DNA of 43,752 nt, from positions 1 through 43,752 of the IMG/VR virus record IMGVR_UViG_3300009610_000047, one strand, 5' to 3'. This document shows, in pieces, positions 1-8,697 of this stretch. The first letter of the stretch is position 1. Each line of letters opens with the position of its first letter. The position numbers and the translations under genes were made by a program. A model generated the notes under the pieces. That model was not told the DNA's origin, did no database searches, and saw nothing but the letters and a program-made list of their open reading frames with translations. This DNA comes from a virus (lineage: Duplodnaviria > Caudoviricetes).

Positions 1-47
<47 letters not shown>

Positions 48-251
48 TAGTACTCTTCTAGGGCCAGTATTCTAGGGTCTGTGGACCTCATAGGCGCTTC
101 GGCTAACGGGCCGCTTTGGGGGGCAGTGTGCCGCTGCGGGCGAGACGATGAGGATGATGTTGCCCGTGTTGCCCGAGTTCTCCTGCCCCGCAGGGGGCCG
201 GGGCTTGTAACAATTCGTGATCGAAAGGCTGAAAAAAAATCCGCAGGGGGA

Positions 252-289
252 CTGGACTCCACCCCCCCTAATGTGCCAAATGTAGTCCA
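252..289 (+). promoter_or_regulatory. Candidate sigma70-type promoter flanked by an inverted repeat
   Basis: CTGGAC(252-257)-N18-CCAAAT(276-281) resembles the rhizobial CTTGAC-N17/18-CTATAT consensus. A TGGACT...AGTCCA inverted repeat (253-258/284-289) brackets it. It lies upstream of the 327..926 gene. Confidence 0.3.
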
Positions 290-326
290 CCGGCGCGATC
301 ATGCGACCGGGAATAGGAGTCTGAAA

Positions 327-926
327 ATGGCTAGTGATCGAAAAAAGGTTAGCGAACGCGACTATATCGACGTCAACGGCAAGCCCGTGGCTAAGATGGA
401 AGACGCTACCGGCTCCCGCTACAGTCTGGGGACGATGCAGGGCGACAAGTTCGTCGTGGCGAAGTCGTGGGATCTCCAATTCGGCGAGTCGGGCCGCGAC
501 ACTACCATGTATGGCATTCTGGGATTCCATACGAAACTCGGGAATGTGGCCAATACCGTACTCAATGACAAGGACGCCCCTGGTACGGTGGACGACGCAG
601 TGGTTGCAATCAACGAATTCACCGCGGGCACGGCTAATGGCGATTGGGCCACGGCCGGTGGTGGAATCGGTGCGCCCAAATACGATCCCGCGATTGTGGC
701 ACAAGCTATTGCGAATGCAAAGGGCGAGAGTGATCCAAAGCCCTATTTCGCCAAATGCCAAGGGCGCGTCAACTCCAAGGGCGAGCCGGTCGTCCAGGCT
801 GTCGATGGTACATGGCCCAAGGGCGCAATCGGCTACTCTGCATATGCAATGCGCAATCCCAAGGTGCGTCAGCAGTATGAGACTCTAGCCCCAGCGACGA
901 CGGGGGTTGACCTCAGCAACCTGTAG
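327..926 (+). CDS. Hypothetical protein, possibly an N4 gp2-like ssDNA-binding transcription factor
   Basis: ATG 327 with AGGAG RBS at 315-319 (inside ORF 81..926). Stand-alone gene with its own terminator. Motif order ILGFHTKLGN / NGDW..GGG / IVAQAIANAKG / RNPKVR / acidic VDL end recalls N4 gp2-like proteins (from memory, unverified). Confidence 0.75.
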   Translation: MASDRKKVSERDYIDVNGKPVAKMEDATGSRYSLGTMQGDKFVVAKSWDLQFGESGRDTTMYGILGFHTKLGNVANTVLNDKDAPGTVDDAVVAINEFTAGTANGDWATAGGGIGAPKYDPAIVAQAIANAKGESDPKPYFAKCQGRVNSKGEPVVQAVDGTWPKGAIGYSAYAMRNPKVRQQYETLAPATTGVDLSNL

Positions 927-991
927 GGGGAAAGCGCAAAGGGGCTATTGGCCGCGATCCAATGGCCCCTACTATCGTACGGCTATCCTTC

Positions 992-1024
992 CTGGGGGGC
1001 TCGCAAGGGCTCCCCAGTTTTATT
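992..1024 (+). terminator. Rho-independent terminator
   Basis: CTGGGGGGCTC-GCAA-GGGCTCCCCAG: 11-bp stem, GNRA loop, followed by TTTTATT. Confidence 0.8.
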
Positions 1025-1119
1025 CCCAAGTGGTCCCACCCCCCGAGTCGGCCCGGTGGGGCCTCCCTCTTTTACTCCTCTCACGCGGCGTAGAGGATTT
1101 TCCGCTTGAATGGCCCCCT

Positions 1120-1172
1120 TTCGCAGTATGCGCAAATTTTCGCAGTATGCGCAAATTCGCAGTATGCGCAAA
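1120..1172 (+). repeat. Three direct repeats of TTCGCAGTATGCGCAAA
   Basis: Perfect 17-mers at 1120-1136, 1139-1155 and 1156-1172, each with an internal dyad CGCA-GTA-TGCG. Confidence 0.95.
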
Positions 1173-1292
1173 CAGGCCCAAGTGGGCCGCCCCCTAGCCG
1201 CCCGCCTTCTTCCCTGTATCATCACGGGGATAGCGGTAGAACCGTTTGCGAAGCAAACAGCCCCCGCGGCCCGCACGAGGACCCTCCTCATC

Positions 1293-1868
1293 ATGACTGC
1301 CATCGCCTCGATCTTTGACCAGGAAGAGCCCCGCGGAGGAGCTCGGAAGAAGTTCCGCTTCTGGTACGACTCGATTATTGATCTTCTCCTCGGCGAGCCC
1401 GAAATCAATCAGAATGAGATTGCGAAGCGGCTTGGAAGAGCCGCCTCGACCATCTCCATTGTGATGTCGACGGACCTCTTCAAAGCGAGGTATGAGCAAC
1501 GAAGGGCCGAACAGAACAAAGCCCTCAATGAGGCCCTCAACACTCGCTTGGCCAAGACCACCATTCGAGCCCTCGACCTCATGCAGGAGAAGCTCGACAC
1601 GCGGCAGGTCATGATTCCCCTCCTCGAACTGAGCGAAATGGCGGATAAGAATCTGAATCGGCTCGGCTTCGGGCAGAAGCAAAGCGGCCCCTCGGTTGTT
1701 ATTCAGAATAATGCCCAGGTCGTCGCCCCCGTTTCGGCCGAACAGCTCGCAGCCTCAAGGCAAAAGTTGATCGAGTCGCAGAGCAAAGTGATCCAAGTTG
1801 AGTCCAGTCGATCCTCCCCGATCGTGGACTCTTCCCCCGGAGGGGATGCTGGACCCGAAGAGGACTGA
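1293..1868 (+). CDS. Putative terminase small subunit (HTH protein)
   Basis: HTH-like segment INQNEIAKRLGRAASTISIVM followed by helical segments; lies upstream of TerL. ATG 1293 preferred (GAGG upstream) over 1110. Confidence 0.65.
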   Translation: MTAIASIFDQEEPRGGARKKFRFWYDSIIDLLLGEPEINQNEIAKRLGRAASTISIVMSTDLFKARYEQRRAEQNKALNEALNTRLAKTTIRALDLMQEKLDTRQVMIPLLELSEMADKNLNRLGFGQKQSGPSVVIQNNAQVVAPVSAEQLAASRQKLIESQSKVIQVESSRSSPIVDSSPGGDAGPEED

Positions 1869-1872
1869 TGTT

Positions 1873-2502
1873 ATGAGGGCGTCGTTGTTCTCTTCGCCAG
1901 AGGTTCGAGAAGATGTGCGGCTCGACTCTCTTGGTCTTCCCCCTCCGGGGTTCATTCCTCTCCGAAAGGAACAGATACTGAATGTAACTCTGGCCCTCGA
2001 TCCTCACGGAAAAGACTTTAGGACGAAAAGCGGAGCGCAGAAAGCGGGGCTCCTCTATGAGAAAAAGACGAAGGAGTTCCTCGCTCGAGAGAAGCCCCAG
2101 GCCGTCCTCGGCCCCTGGTTTCGCTACTGGACCGAAGACCACCCGGAGGACGCTTCTGGGCTTCCTCGCGGCCGCCTCGCTCGTTTTTGCCAGCCGGACG
2201 CGATCATATTTGAGAAGGAAATCCTCACAATCATCGAGATCAAGATCAGGTGGTGCGAACTCGCCTATTGGCAGTTGAGACATCTTTACCTCCCTGTATG
2301 CACTTCCTTCTACGGGCCAAAGGTCACGCGGCTCATTTGCATCACGAGGAGCGTCGATCCCTTTGTCGGAGTGCCTCAACCGGTTTTGATTCCGAACCTG
2401 GATACATACTTCGCCCTGGACCGAATCGGAGTCCTCCGCTTCAGCGGCCACGAAGTGGCGGCGCGCGCGGAGAGCGAAGAGCGCGCGGCGGGGGAGGATT
2501 GA
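1873..2502 (+). CDS. PD-(D/E)xK nuclease-family protein
   Basis: Motif QPDAIIF...IIEIK; lies between TerS and TerL; ATG 1873 with GAGGA upstream. Confidence 0.7.
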   Translation: MRASLFSSPEVREDVRLDSLGLPPPGFIPLRKEQILNVTLALDPHGKDFRTKSGAQKAGLLYEKKTKEFLAREKPQAVLGPWFRYWTEDHPEDASGLPRGRLARFCQPDAIIFEKEILTIIEIKIRWCELAYWQLRHLYLPVCTSFYGPKVTRLICITRSVDPFVGVPQPVLIPNLDTYFALDRIGVLRFSGHEVAARAESEERAAGED

Positions 2503-2505
2503 CGA

Positions 2506-4068
2506 ATGAACCAAGCCCTTCCTCAAACTTCCATTTCGAGCGCCGAGCTGGTCGACCTCTGTGCCGTCGACGATGATCTGTTCGCTCGAACGTTCTTTCC
2601 CCAGGCGATGAGGCAGCCGACGCCCAAAATGCACGAGGCCGTCGACAAGGAACTGAACAATCCCCAAACGCGTCTCTTGAATCTCCTCCTTCCGAGAGAT
2701 TTCGCCAAGACGACGAAGCTGAGGATTTTCACCGCGAAGAGGATAGCCTATGGCATTTCCCGGACGATCCTCTATATTGCGTCCTCTGAGATCAAGGCTA
2801 CGCAGAATATTCAGTGGCTCAAGTCCCGCATTGAAGCCAAGATGGGGGCCGACGGCGCGCGAACGCTTCCTATGTTTGCATCCCTCTTCGGGCTCGCGAA
2901 AGGTGAAAAATGGTCGGAAACGGAATTGAAGATCAATCATCGCCTCTTCGGGCAGCCGATCTGGGTCCTCGGGGTTGGCATTACCTCGGAGTCAATCCGT
3001 GGTATCAACTTCGACGACTATCGGCCGGACCTTATTGTCCTGGACGACATCTTGACGGACGAGAATGGAGCGAGTCCAGAGCAGAGGGAGAAGATAAACC
3101 AGCTTGTGATCTCTGCGGTGAAGAACTCGCTCGCCCCTCCGGCCGATGCGCCCAACGCGAAGATGGTGATGGCGAACACGCCTCAGGACGGCGATGACGT
3201 AACGGCCCGCGCGGCGGCCTCGACAGAGTGGCGTACGGTTCGGTTCTCGTGCTGGACGCCCGAAACGGAGGATGCTCCTGTTGAACTCCAGGAGAGCGCA
3301 TGGCCCGAGAGACACACGACGGAATCCCTCAGGAAGGAAAAGCGCGCGGCGGCGGCGGAGAACACGCTCTCCGTCTTCGTCCGAGAAAAGGAGTGCAGGG
3401 TCGTCTCGAGGGAGACCTGCTTCTTTCGGCCGGATTGGCTCCGTTTCTATCAACCTGAAGAGGCTCCTCGAAGTGGAGTTACCGTCCTTTCGATTGATCC
3501 AGTTCCTCCTCCGACACCTGGGGAGGAGAAGAAGAAAAAGGCGAGCCTCGACTCGGACTTCGAGTCGATCCAAGTCTGGAGGCGTTATGGAGATAACTTC
3601 TACCTCCTAGCTCTAGAACAAATGAGGGGCCACCAGCCTTCGTGGACGATTGCGAAATTCTTCGAGCTCGCCGTCCGCTTTCGCATAACGAATGCGATTG
3701 TCGAAACTGTTGCGTATCAAAAGGTTCTGCGTTGGATTCTTCAGGAGGAAATGACGCGCCGTCAACATTGGGTGACGATCCAGGAGTGGCCCCTTCCGGG
3801 GCAGGCGAGGATTCAGTCGAAAAAGGTTCGAATACAGAACGTGATCGCTCCTCTGGCGCAGAATGGTCGGATCTTCGTTTCGCCCGAGCATACGGAGTTC
3901 ATCTCGCAGTTCGGCGCTTATCCCAACGTCAAGCATGACGATGCTCTCGACGGGGGCTCGATGGCGCTCGCGGGCCTCTCTAAGCCGTGGATGGACGTCA
4001 TGGATGAAGAGGGAATCATTGATAATGCGAATGTTCCAAAGCTCCGCCTCGTAAGGAATTGTCCCTGA
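2506..4068 (+). CDS. terL: Terminase large subunit
   Basis: Walker A variant PRDFAKTT, Walker B DLIVLDD, coupling motif ANTP, RNase H-like nuclease motifs SIDP...SDF and KHDDALD. Confidence 0.95.
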   Translation: MNQALPQTSISSAELVDLCAVDDDLFARTFFPQAMRQPTPKMHEAVDKELNNPQTRLLNLLLPRDFAKTTKLRIFTAKRIAYGISRTILYIASSEIKATQNIQWLKSRIEAKMGADGARTLPMFASLFGLAKGEKWSETELKINHRLFGQPIWVLGVGITSESIRGINFDDYRPDLIVLDDILTDENGASPEQREKINQLVISAVKNSLAPPADAPNAKMVMANTPQDGDDVTARAAASTEWRTVRFSCWTPETEDAPVELQESAWPERHTTESLRKEKRAAAAENTLSVFVREKECRVVSRETCFFRPDWLRFYQPEEAPRSGVTVLSIDPVPPPTPGEEKKKKASLDSDFESIQVWRRYGDNFYLLALEQMRGHQPSWTIAKFFELAVRFRITNAIVETVAYQKVLRWILQEEMTRRQHWVTIQEWPLPGQARIQSKKVRIQNVIAPLAQNGRIFVSPEHTEFISQFGAYPNVKHDDALDGGSMALAGLSKPWMDVMDEEGIIDNANVPKLRLVRNCP

Positions 4069-4952
4069 TGACTTACCTCCGGCACAGACTGACCGAAGCG
4101 AATGGCTCGAACGACATCGTCCATAATCCGACGTACTTTGTTCGGACAGAAGAGGATGGGGGTCACGACTCGTATGATGGAGTAGAAGCAAACAAGCCTC
4201 TCGCGACGATCCAGTGTGCCGTCGACAAGGTCAAGGATGAGATTGACACGAACGGCTTCGCTCCCGTCATTCGAATCCATGACGGTCTCCATATGGGCTG
4301 GCAGGACTACGGACCGAACGTCGGCCGGCACAAGAGAGGGGGAGGCCCTACGATCTTCATGGGCAATCCCCTTCTTCCGAGCGCCGTCAAGATCTTCCGC
4401 GCGATGGGAGTCGCTCCTATCTCTTATGATGGGTTTGCCCAGGGCGTCTTCATCGGAATGGAAGTGATCGGGAACAAATCCCAAGCCATTTACGCAACGG
4501 GCTGTTCGGTGATCGAATGCGGGTTCGTTCGGGTCTCGGGGCCGATTGGCTTCCTTGCGGACTCCGGGGCGAAGATCCTCGGTACGTCCAATTTGTACTT
4601 CAAAGGTTCGATGGTCTATGGAGGGATGGGAAACAAAGCGGGGCTCTTCGAGTGTGTTCCGGGCATCCATGTCTTTTTTGAGGGTTCCACCTTCTCTGAG
4701 CACTTCCTCTTTGGAACAAATCATGGGATGTGTATTGTTCCCTATCACTTCCTGAATCCTGTTTATAACGAAAAGGGGGAGGTTATAAGCGGCACGCAGA
4801 ATCCCGCGGGAGGGGTTACCTTCCACGGTTCCTTTGTTGGGTCGAAGGGCTTTGCGTCCCTTCAAGGGATAATCAACTCAGGATATATGACGTACAACCT
4901 CTTCCCCGGAACGATTGACTGCGATACGAATAAGGGTGGTCAACTGAACTAA
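4068..4952 (+). CDS. Beta-helix (pectate-lyase/DUF1565-like) tail-spike-like protein
   Basis: N-terminal TYFVRT..GHDSYDG...PLATIQCAVD motif, Gly-rich beta repeats and C-terminal FPG...GGQ. TGATG overlap with terL. Confidence 0.65.
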   Translation: MTYLRHRLTEANGSNDIVHNPTYFVRTEEDGGHDSYDGVEANKPLATIQCAVDKVKDEIDTNGFAPVIRIHDGLHMGWQDYGPNVGRHKRGGGPTIFMGNPLLPSAVKIFRAMGVAPISYDGFAQGVFIGMEVIGNKSQAIYATGCSVIECGFVRVSGPIGFLADSGAKILGTSNLYFKGSMVYGGMGNKAGLFECVPGIHVFFEGSTFSEHFLFGTNHGMCIVPYHFLNPVYNEKGEVISGTQNPAGGVTFHGSFVGSKGFASLQGIINSGYMTYNLFPGTIDCDTNKGGQLN

Positions 4953-4964
4953 AGGAGCTTGAAG

Positions 4965-5345
4965 ATGAAGTTGAAAAGCTCTTTTCCTGCGGTACATGGG
5001 GGGCAGCTTCTTAACCCTGTGCAGGGGCCGGCGACCTTCAATGAGCGGTATTCGCCCTTCACGGGGGGCGAGCCGCTCGATCCTCTTCCTCCAACGTTCG
5101 AGCCGACGATGCCTCCCTCTTCAAGTGGGAGAGCAATTCCCGCCCCCGGAGATGAGGCGTTTGCACGAGCTCTTCTCGGGTCGAATCCGGTGGGCCTCAT
5201 TGGTCAGGCTCTCATGGGAATATTGATGCAACCTCGAAGAGTGAATGAATCATATCCGGGGGCTGTTGAGGCGCAAGAGCGGAAGAAAAAAGCGCGCCCG
5301 GCGCAAGGTCAGTCTGAGCTTCGAATGAAAACTTTTGAGGAATAG
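4965..5345 (+). CDS. Hypothetical protein
   Basis: AAGGAG RBS; fills the gap before the portal gene. Confidence 0.6.
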   Translation: MKLKSSFPAVHGGQLLNPVQGPATFNERYSPFTGGEPLDPLPPTFEPTMPPSSSGRAIPAPGDEAFARALLGSNPVGLIGQALMGILMQPRRVNESYPGAVEAQERKKKARPAQGQSELRMKTFEE

Positions 5346-5350
5346 AAAAA

Positions 5351-7309
5351 ATGCCCGGCGGTTCGAGTCTTTCGGTTCCAAAAAACAGTCCTCTTCATGC
5401 CTTTCTCCTCGCTCGGCTAAAGGAGAGGGTTGATTTCTCGAAGAGGAAGCAATCACAATTCGTCCGGGTGTGGCAGGACGCAGAAGAGCGCGCCCTCGCC
5501 TATATGCCTGAGCTGGAGTATGATGCTCTTCGAAGGAGTGATCGGGAGAGAGGTCAGCCCAAGTATACGACCATCCAGATTCCGTACAGCTATGCTTTGC
5601 TCTCAACTGCACATACTTATGTCTCAACGGTGTTCCTCGGGCGAAGTCCGGTTCACCAGTACTCTGGTCGGCATGGAGAAACGGAACAGCAGACGCAGGG
5701 CCTCGAAGCCCTCGTTGGGTATCAAGTCGAAGTTGGCGGCCTCGTCGGCCCCTACTATATTTGGTTCTATGACATCCTCAAATATGGTGTGGGAATCCTC
5801 GGCACCTATTGGTGTGTGGAGGATATTCAGTATTCCTACATAGAGGAGTTGGTGGACGAATACGGGATCGCCACAAAGAATCGCGTCACGGTGCGGGAGC
5901 CGGGCTATGAGGGGAACAAGGTCTACAATGTTAGTCCGTTCGATTTCCTCCATGATCCCCACTTTCCTATAGGGAGGTTCCAGGAGGGGGAGTTCTGCGC
6001 CGTTCATAAAGTCTCCGGGTGGACGGAGATCATCAAGCGGAAGGCCCAGGGCTACTATATGAATTGTGAGTTCATTCCGAAGTCGACCGGGGGCTCAAGT
6101 GTTGCGACAGGAGTTGCGCAGGGTGCCGCGGCGCTTCAGCGGCCCGAGCAGCCCGGCACCTTCGTTGCGGAAACCCTCGGCGAAGAGGGGAAAACCCACC
6201 CGCACAGCGTTGGGCTTTGGGAAGTCTACGTCGATCTCATCCAAAAGGAATGGCGCCTCGGCGAGAGCGACTATCCGGAGAAGTGGGTCTTCAGCGTAAC
6301 GGATGACTTTTCGGTCATTATTGGTGCCCAGCCTCTCGGAAGTGCGCATGGGAAGTTTCCATTCTCAATCGGCGAAGCCGAGATTGAGGGTTACGGAGTC
6401 TTTGGTCGAGGGATTCCGGAGATTGCACTTCCGGTGCAGAATACAATGGATTGGTTGGTCAACACACACTTCTACAATGTGAGGGCTGCTTTGAACAATC
6501 AGTTCTTGATCGACCCGTCGAAGGTGATTGTCACTGACGCTGAAGATGCCGGTCCCGGCTTCATCTATCGTCTCCGGCCCGAAGCATACGGGAGTGATGT
6601 GCGCTCCTTCTTCCATCAGGTTCCCGTCGCTGATGTCACGCAGAATCACTTCGGGGACACTCATCAAATGATGAGCTTGGGCGAGCGCGTCCTTGGAATC
6701 TCTGATGCGATGTTTGGTGCCCTTTCGAGTGGGGGGCGGAAGACCGCCACTGAAGTCCGGACTAGTACGGGATTCGGTGTGAACAGGTGGAAGACGGTCG
6801 CCGAATACCTGAGTGCAACGGCCTTTTCCCCCCACTCACAGATGCTTGTGCAGCATTCGCAACAATACTATACGAATGAGAAAAAGTTCCGCCTTGTGGG
6901 CGATCTCGCCGCGAGCGCTGGGCCTCAATTCTTCGACGTCACAAAGCAGGACATTGGAGGCTTCTATGATTTCGTCGCTGTCGATGGTACTCTCCCCGTG
7001 GATCGGATGGCCCTTGCAAACCTCTGGCAAGGCATCATGGCTCAGCTTCAACGATTTCCAGCCCTACTTGCTCAATATGATGTTGGAAAGATCTTCGCCT
7101 ACATTGGAAATCTTGCGGGAGCCCGGAATATCAATCAGTTCAAGATCCAAGTCGTGCCTGATGGAATGCTCCAAATGCAACTGCAGCAGGGAAATGTTGT
7201 CCCCATGAAGCAACCAGGAATGAGCCCTCAAGGTGGAGGGGCTCCGGCGCCAACTCCTCCGCAGCCCCAGATAGAACAAGGAGAAGCCCTCAATGGACCA
7301 ACCGTCTAA
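5351..7309 (+). CDS. Portal protein
   Basis: 652 aa downstream of TerL. Podovirus portal-like segments KYGVGI, VSPFDFLHDP, GRGIPE and KTATEV; Gln/Pro-rich C-terminus. Confidence 0.9.
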   Translation: MPGGSSLSVPKNSPLHAFLLARLKERVDFSKRKQSQFVRVWQDAEERALAYMPELEYDALRRSDRERGQPKYTTIQIPYSYALLSTAHTYVSTVFLGRSPVHQYSGRHGETEQQTQGLEALVGYQVEVGGLVGPYYIWFYDILKYGVGILGTYWCVEDIQYSYIEELVDEYGIATKNRVTVREPGYEGNKVYNVSPFDFLHDPHFPIGRFQEGEFCAVHKVSGWTEIIKRKAQGYYMNCEFIPKSTGGSSVATGVAQGAAALQRPEQPGTFVAETLGEEGKTHPHSVGLWEVYVDLIQKEWRLGESDYPEKWVFSVTDDFSVIIGAQPLGSAHGKFPFSIGEAEIEGYGVFGRGIPEIALPVQNTMDWLVNTHFYNVRAALNNQFLIDPSKVIVTDAEDAGPGFIYRLRPEAYGSDVRSFFHQVPVADVTQNHFGDTHQMMSLGERVLGISDAMFGALSSGGRKTATEVRTSTGFGVNRWKTVAEYLSATAFSPHSQMLVQHSQQYYTNEKKFRLVGDLAASAGPQFFDVTKQDIGGFYDFVAVDGTLPVDRMALANLWQGIMAQLQRFPALLAQYDVGKIFAYIGNLAGARNINQFKIQVVPDGMLQMQLQQGNVVPMKQPGMSPQGGGAPAPTPPQPQIEQGEALNGPTV

Positions 7310-7619
7310 GCCGAAGGTCTTTCGTCCCCCTCTCGATGAAGGTCAAAGGAATGACATCAAGGTTGCGAGAGTTCTTAGAGAAACCCTCGCCACTCCAGGA
7401 TGGAAGGTCTATTGTGATCTCATTCAGGCTCATATTCTTACAAAAGAGAGAGAATGTGAGTTGCCCGCAGAGGACCTCTCGATGGCGATGAAGCAGAATG
7501 CCGCCAAGGGGGCCGTGTTAATGGGCAAACTGTGCCTTACCCTTCCTTCTGGCATAATCCAGGTTGCTGATGAGCACCTCACTCGTGCCGATCCTGATGA
7601 GAGGCTAGAATTCGAATGA
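7293..7619 (+). CDS. Hypothetical head-module protein
   Basis: 108 aa with a TPGWK motif, overlapping both portal and scaffold genes; typical synteny. Confidence 0.75.
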   Translation: MDQPSKPKVFRPPLDEGQRNDIKVARVLRETLATPGWKVYCDLIQAHILTKERECELPAEDLSMAMKQNAAKGAVLMGKLCLTLPSGIIQVADEHLTRADPDERLEFE

Positions 7620-8644
7620 CCCTCAGATCACTCATGCTTGGAGGCACAGGGCCGTTGCTCGCTCCTCCAGATTCCGCTTCTGGTGCAGCCCCGCCTTCTG
7701 GGTCTGGGTCCCCCAGCCCAACTTCCCCGACAGACTCGGGAGCGGGTGCTGCACCTTCGCCAACACCTGTTAGTCCCTCGACTGTTGAGGGCGAGGTACG
7801 TGAGACTGACGGACTCAGTGGCTCGTTTGACGCCCTTTCCTCCTTTGATGATCTTGATGAACTTCCGCTTCCCCCGACGGATGGGGGAGGCGAAGGTGAA
7901 GAGCCTGGAGCGGTTCCGCCTCCAGACAAGGTAGCGCCTGCGCCGGGAGCACCGCCTCCTCCGCCCGCGCCGCCGAGTCCGGCTGCGCCCCCGCCTCCGG
8001 CCCCGACGCAGCCGGGTGCTCCCGACCTGACTACGCCGGAAGGCGTGCTACGCGGCCTCGAGAATGCTGAGGCGGCACGGCATATGCGCTCCTTCCTTGC
8101 GCAGAACGTCTATTCGCTGAGTGACGAGGAGAAAAAGGCTCTCGACACGGATGCGGTGGGTGCTATTCCCAACATAATGGCGAGAGTACATCTGGAAGGC
8201 ACGAAGAATGTTTTGACGCTTCTCACCACATTGGTCCCAGAGATGATCCAAAGGGGGGTCGCGAAGGCCCTCGAGGGACGGGAAAAGGGTCAAAGTGCAC
8301 TGACGGCGTTCTTCCAAGCGTGGCCAGGACTGAATGAACAAGAGCACTCTGCTCTTGTCGATCAATATGCGACGGCCTTTCGGAATATGAATCCGAAAGC
8401 CTCCCGGAGCGAGGCGATCAAGTTCGTCGGGGCCGCGATTCATGCGCAATTGGGAATCCCTATTGGAAGTCAACCTCCTCCGAGAGCGAATGGAAATGGC
8501 CATGCGCCTCAGGCGAGGATTGTCTCCCGAAGGCCGGTTCCTGCCTTTGCTCCAGCCCGTCCCGGAGCGAGAGAACCCGTTTCGCCGACTGCTGGTCAAA
8601 GTCCATTCGACGGGCTTGGCCAAGAGTTCGACGACGAGATGTAA
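7616..8644 (+). CDS. Scaffolding protein
   Basis: Acidic, Pro/Ser-rich disordered N-half and helical C-half; directly upstream of the major capsid gene. Confidence 0.75.
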   Translation: MTLRSLMLGGTGPLLAPPDSASGAAPPSGSGSPSPTSPTDSGAGAAPSPTPVSPSTVEGEVRETDGLSGSFDALSSFDDLDELPLPPTDGGGEGEEPGAVPPPDKVAPAPGAPPPPPAPPSPAAPPPPAPTQPGAPDLTTPEGVLRGLENAEAARHMRSFLAQNVYSLSDEEKKALDTDAVGAIPNIMARVHLEGTKNVLTLLTTLVPEMIQRGVAKALEGREKGQSALTAFFQAWPGLNEQEHSALVDQYATAFRNMNPKASRSEAIKFVGAAIHAQLGIPIGSQPPPRANGNGHAPQARIVSRRPVPAFAPARPGAREPVSPTAGQSPFDGLGQEFDDEM

Positions 8645-8697
8645 GAGCTTCGAAGCGCGCGAAGCGCGCTAGCGAAGCGAGCTGAAAGGCAAAGGCC

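Noticed and set aside
157-179. Short tandem GTTGCCCG(T/A) repeat
   Set aside because: Only two copies; insufficient evidence of function.
1120-1172. Repeats as a mini-CRISPR array (with the Cas4-like nuclease)
   Set aside because: Spacers are only 2 and 0 nt; the nuclease is the usual phage exonuclease near Sak4/SSB genes.
7900-8030. CCG-rich repeats in the scaffold gene
   Set aside because: They simply encode a Pro/Ala linker.
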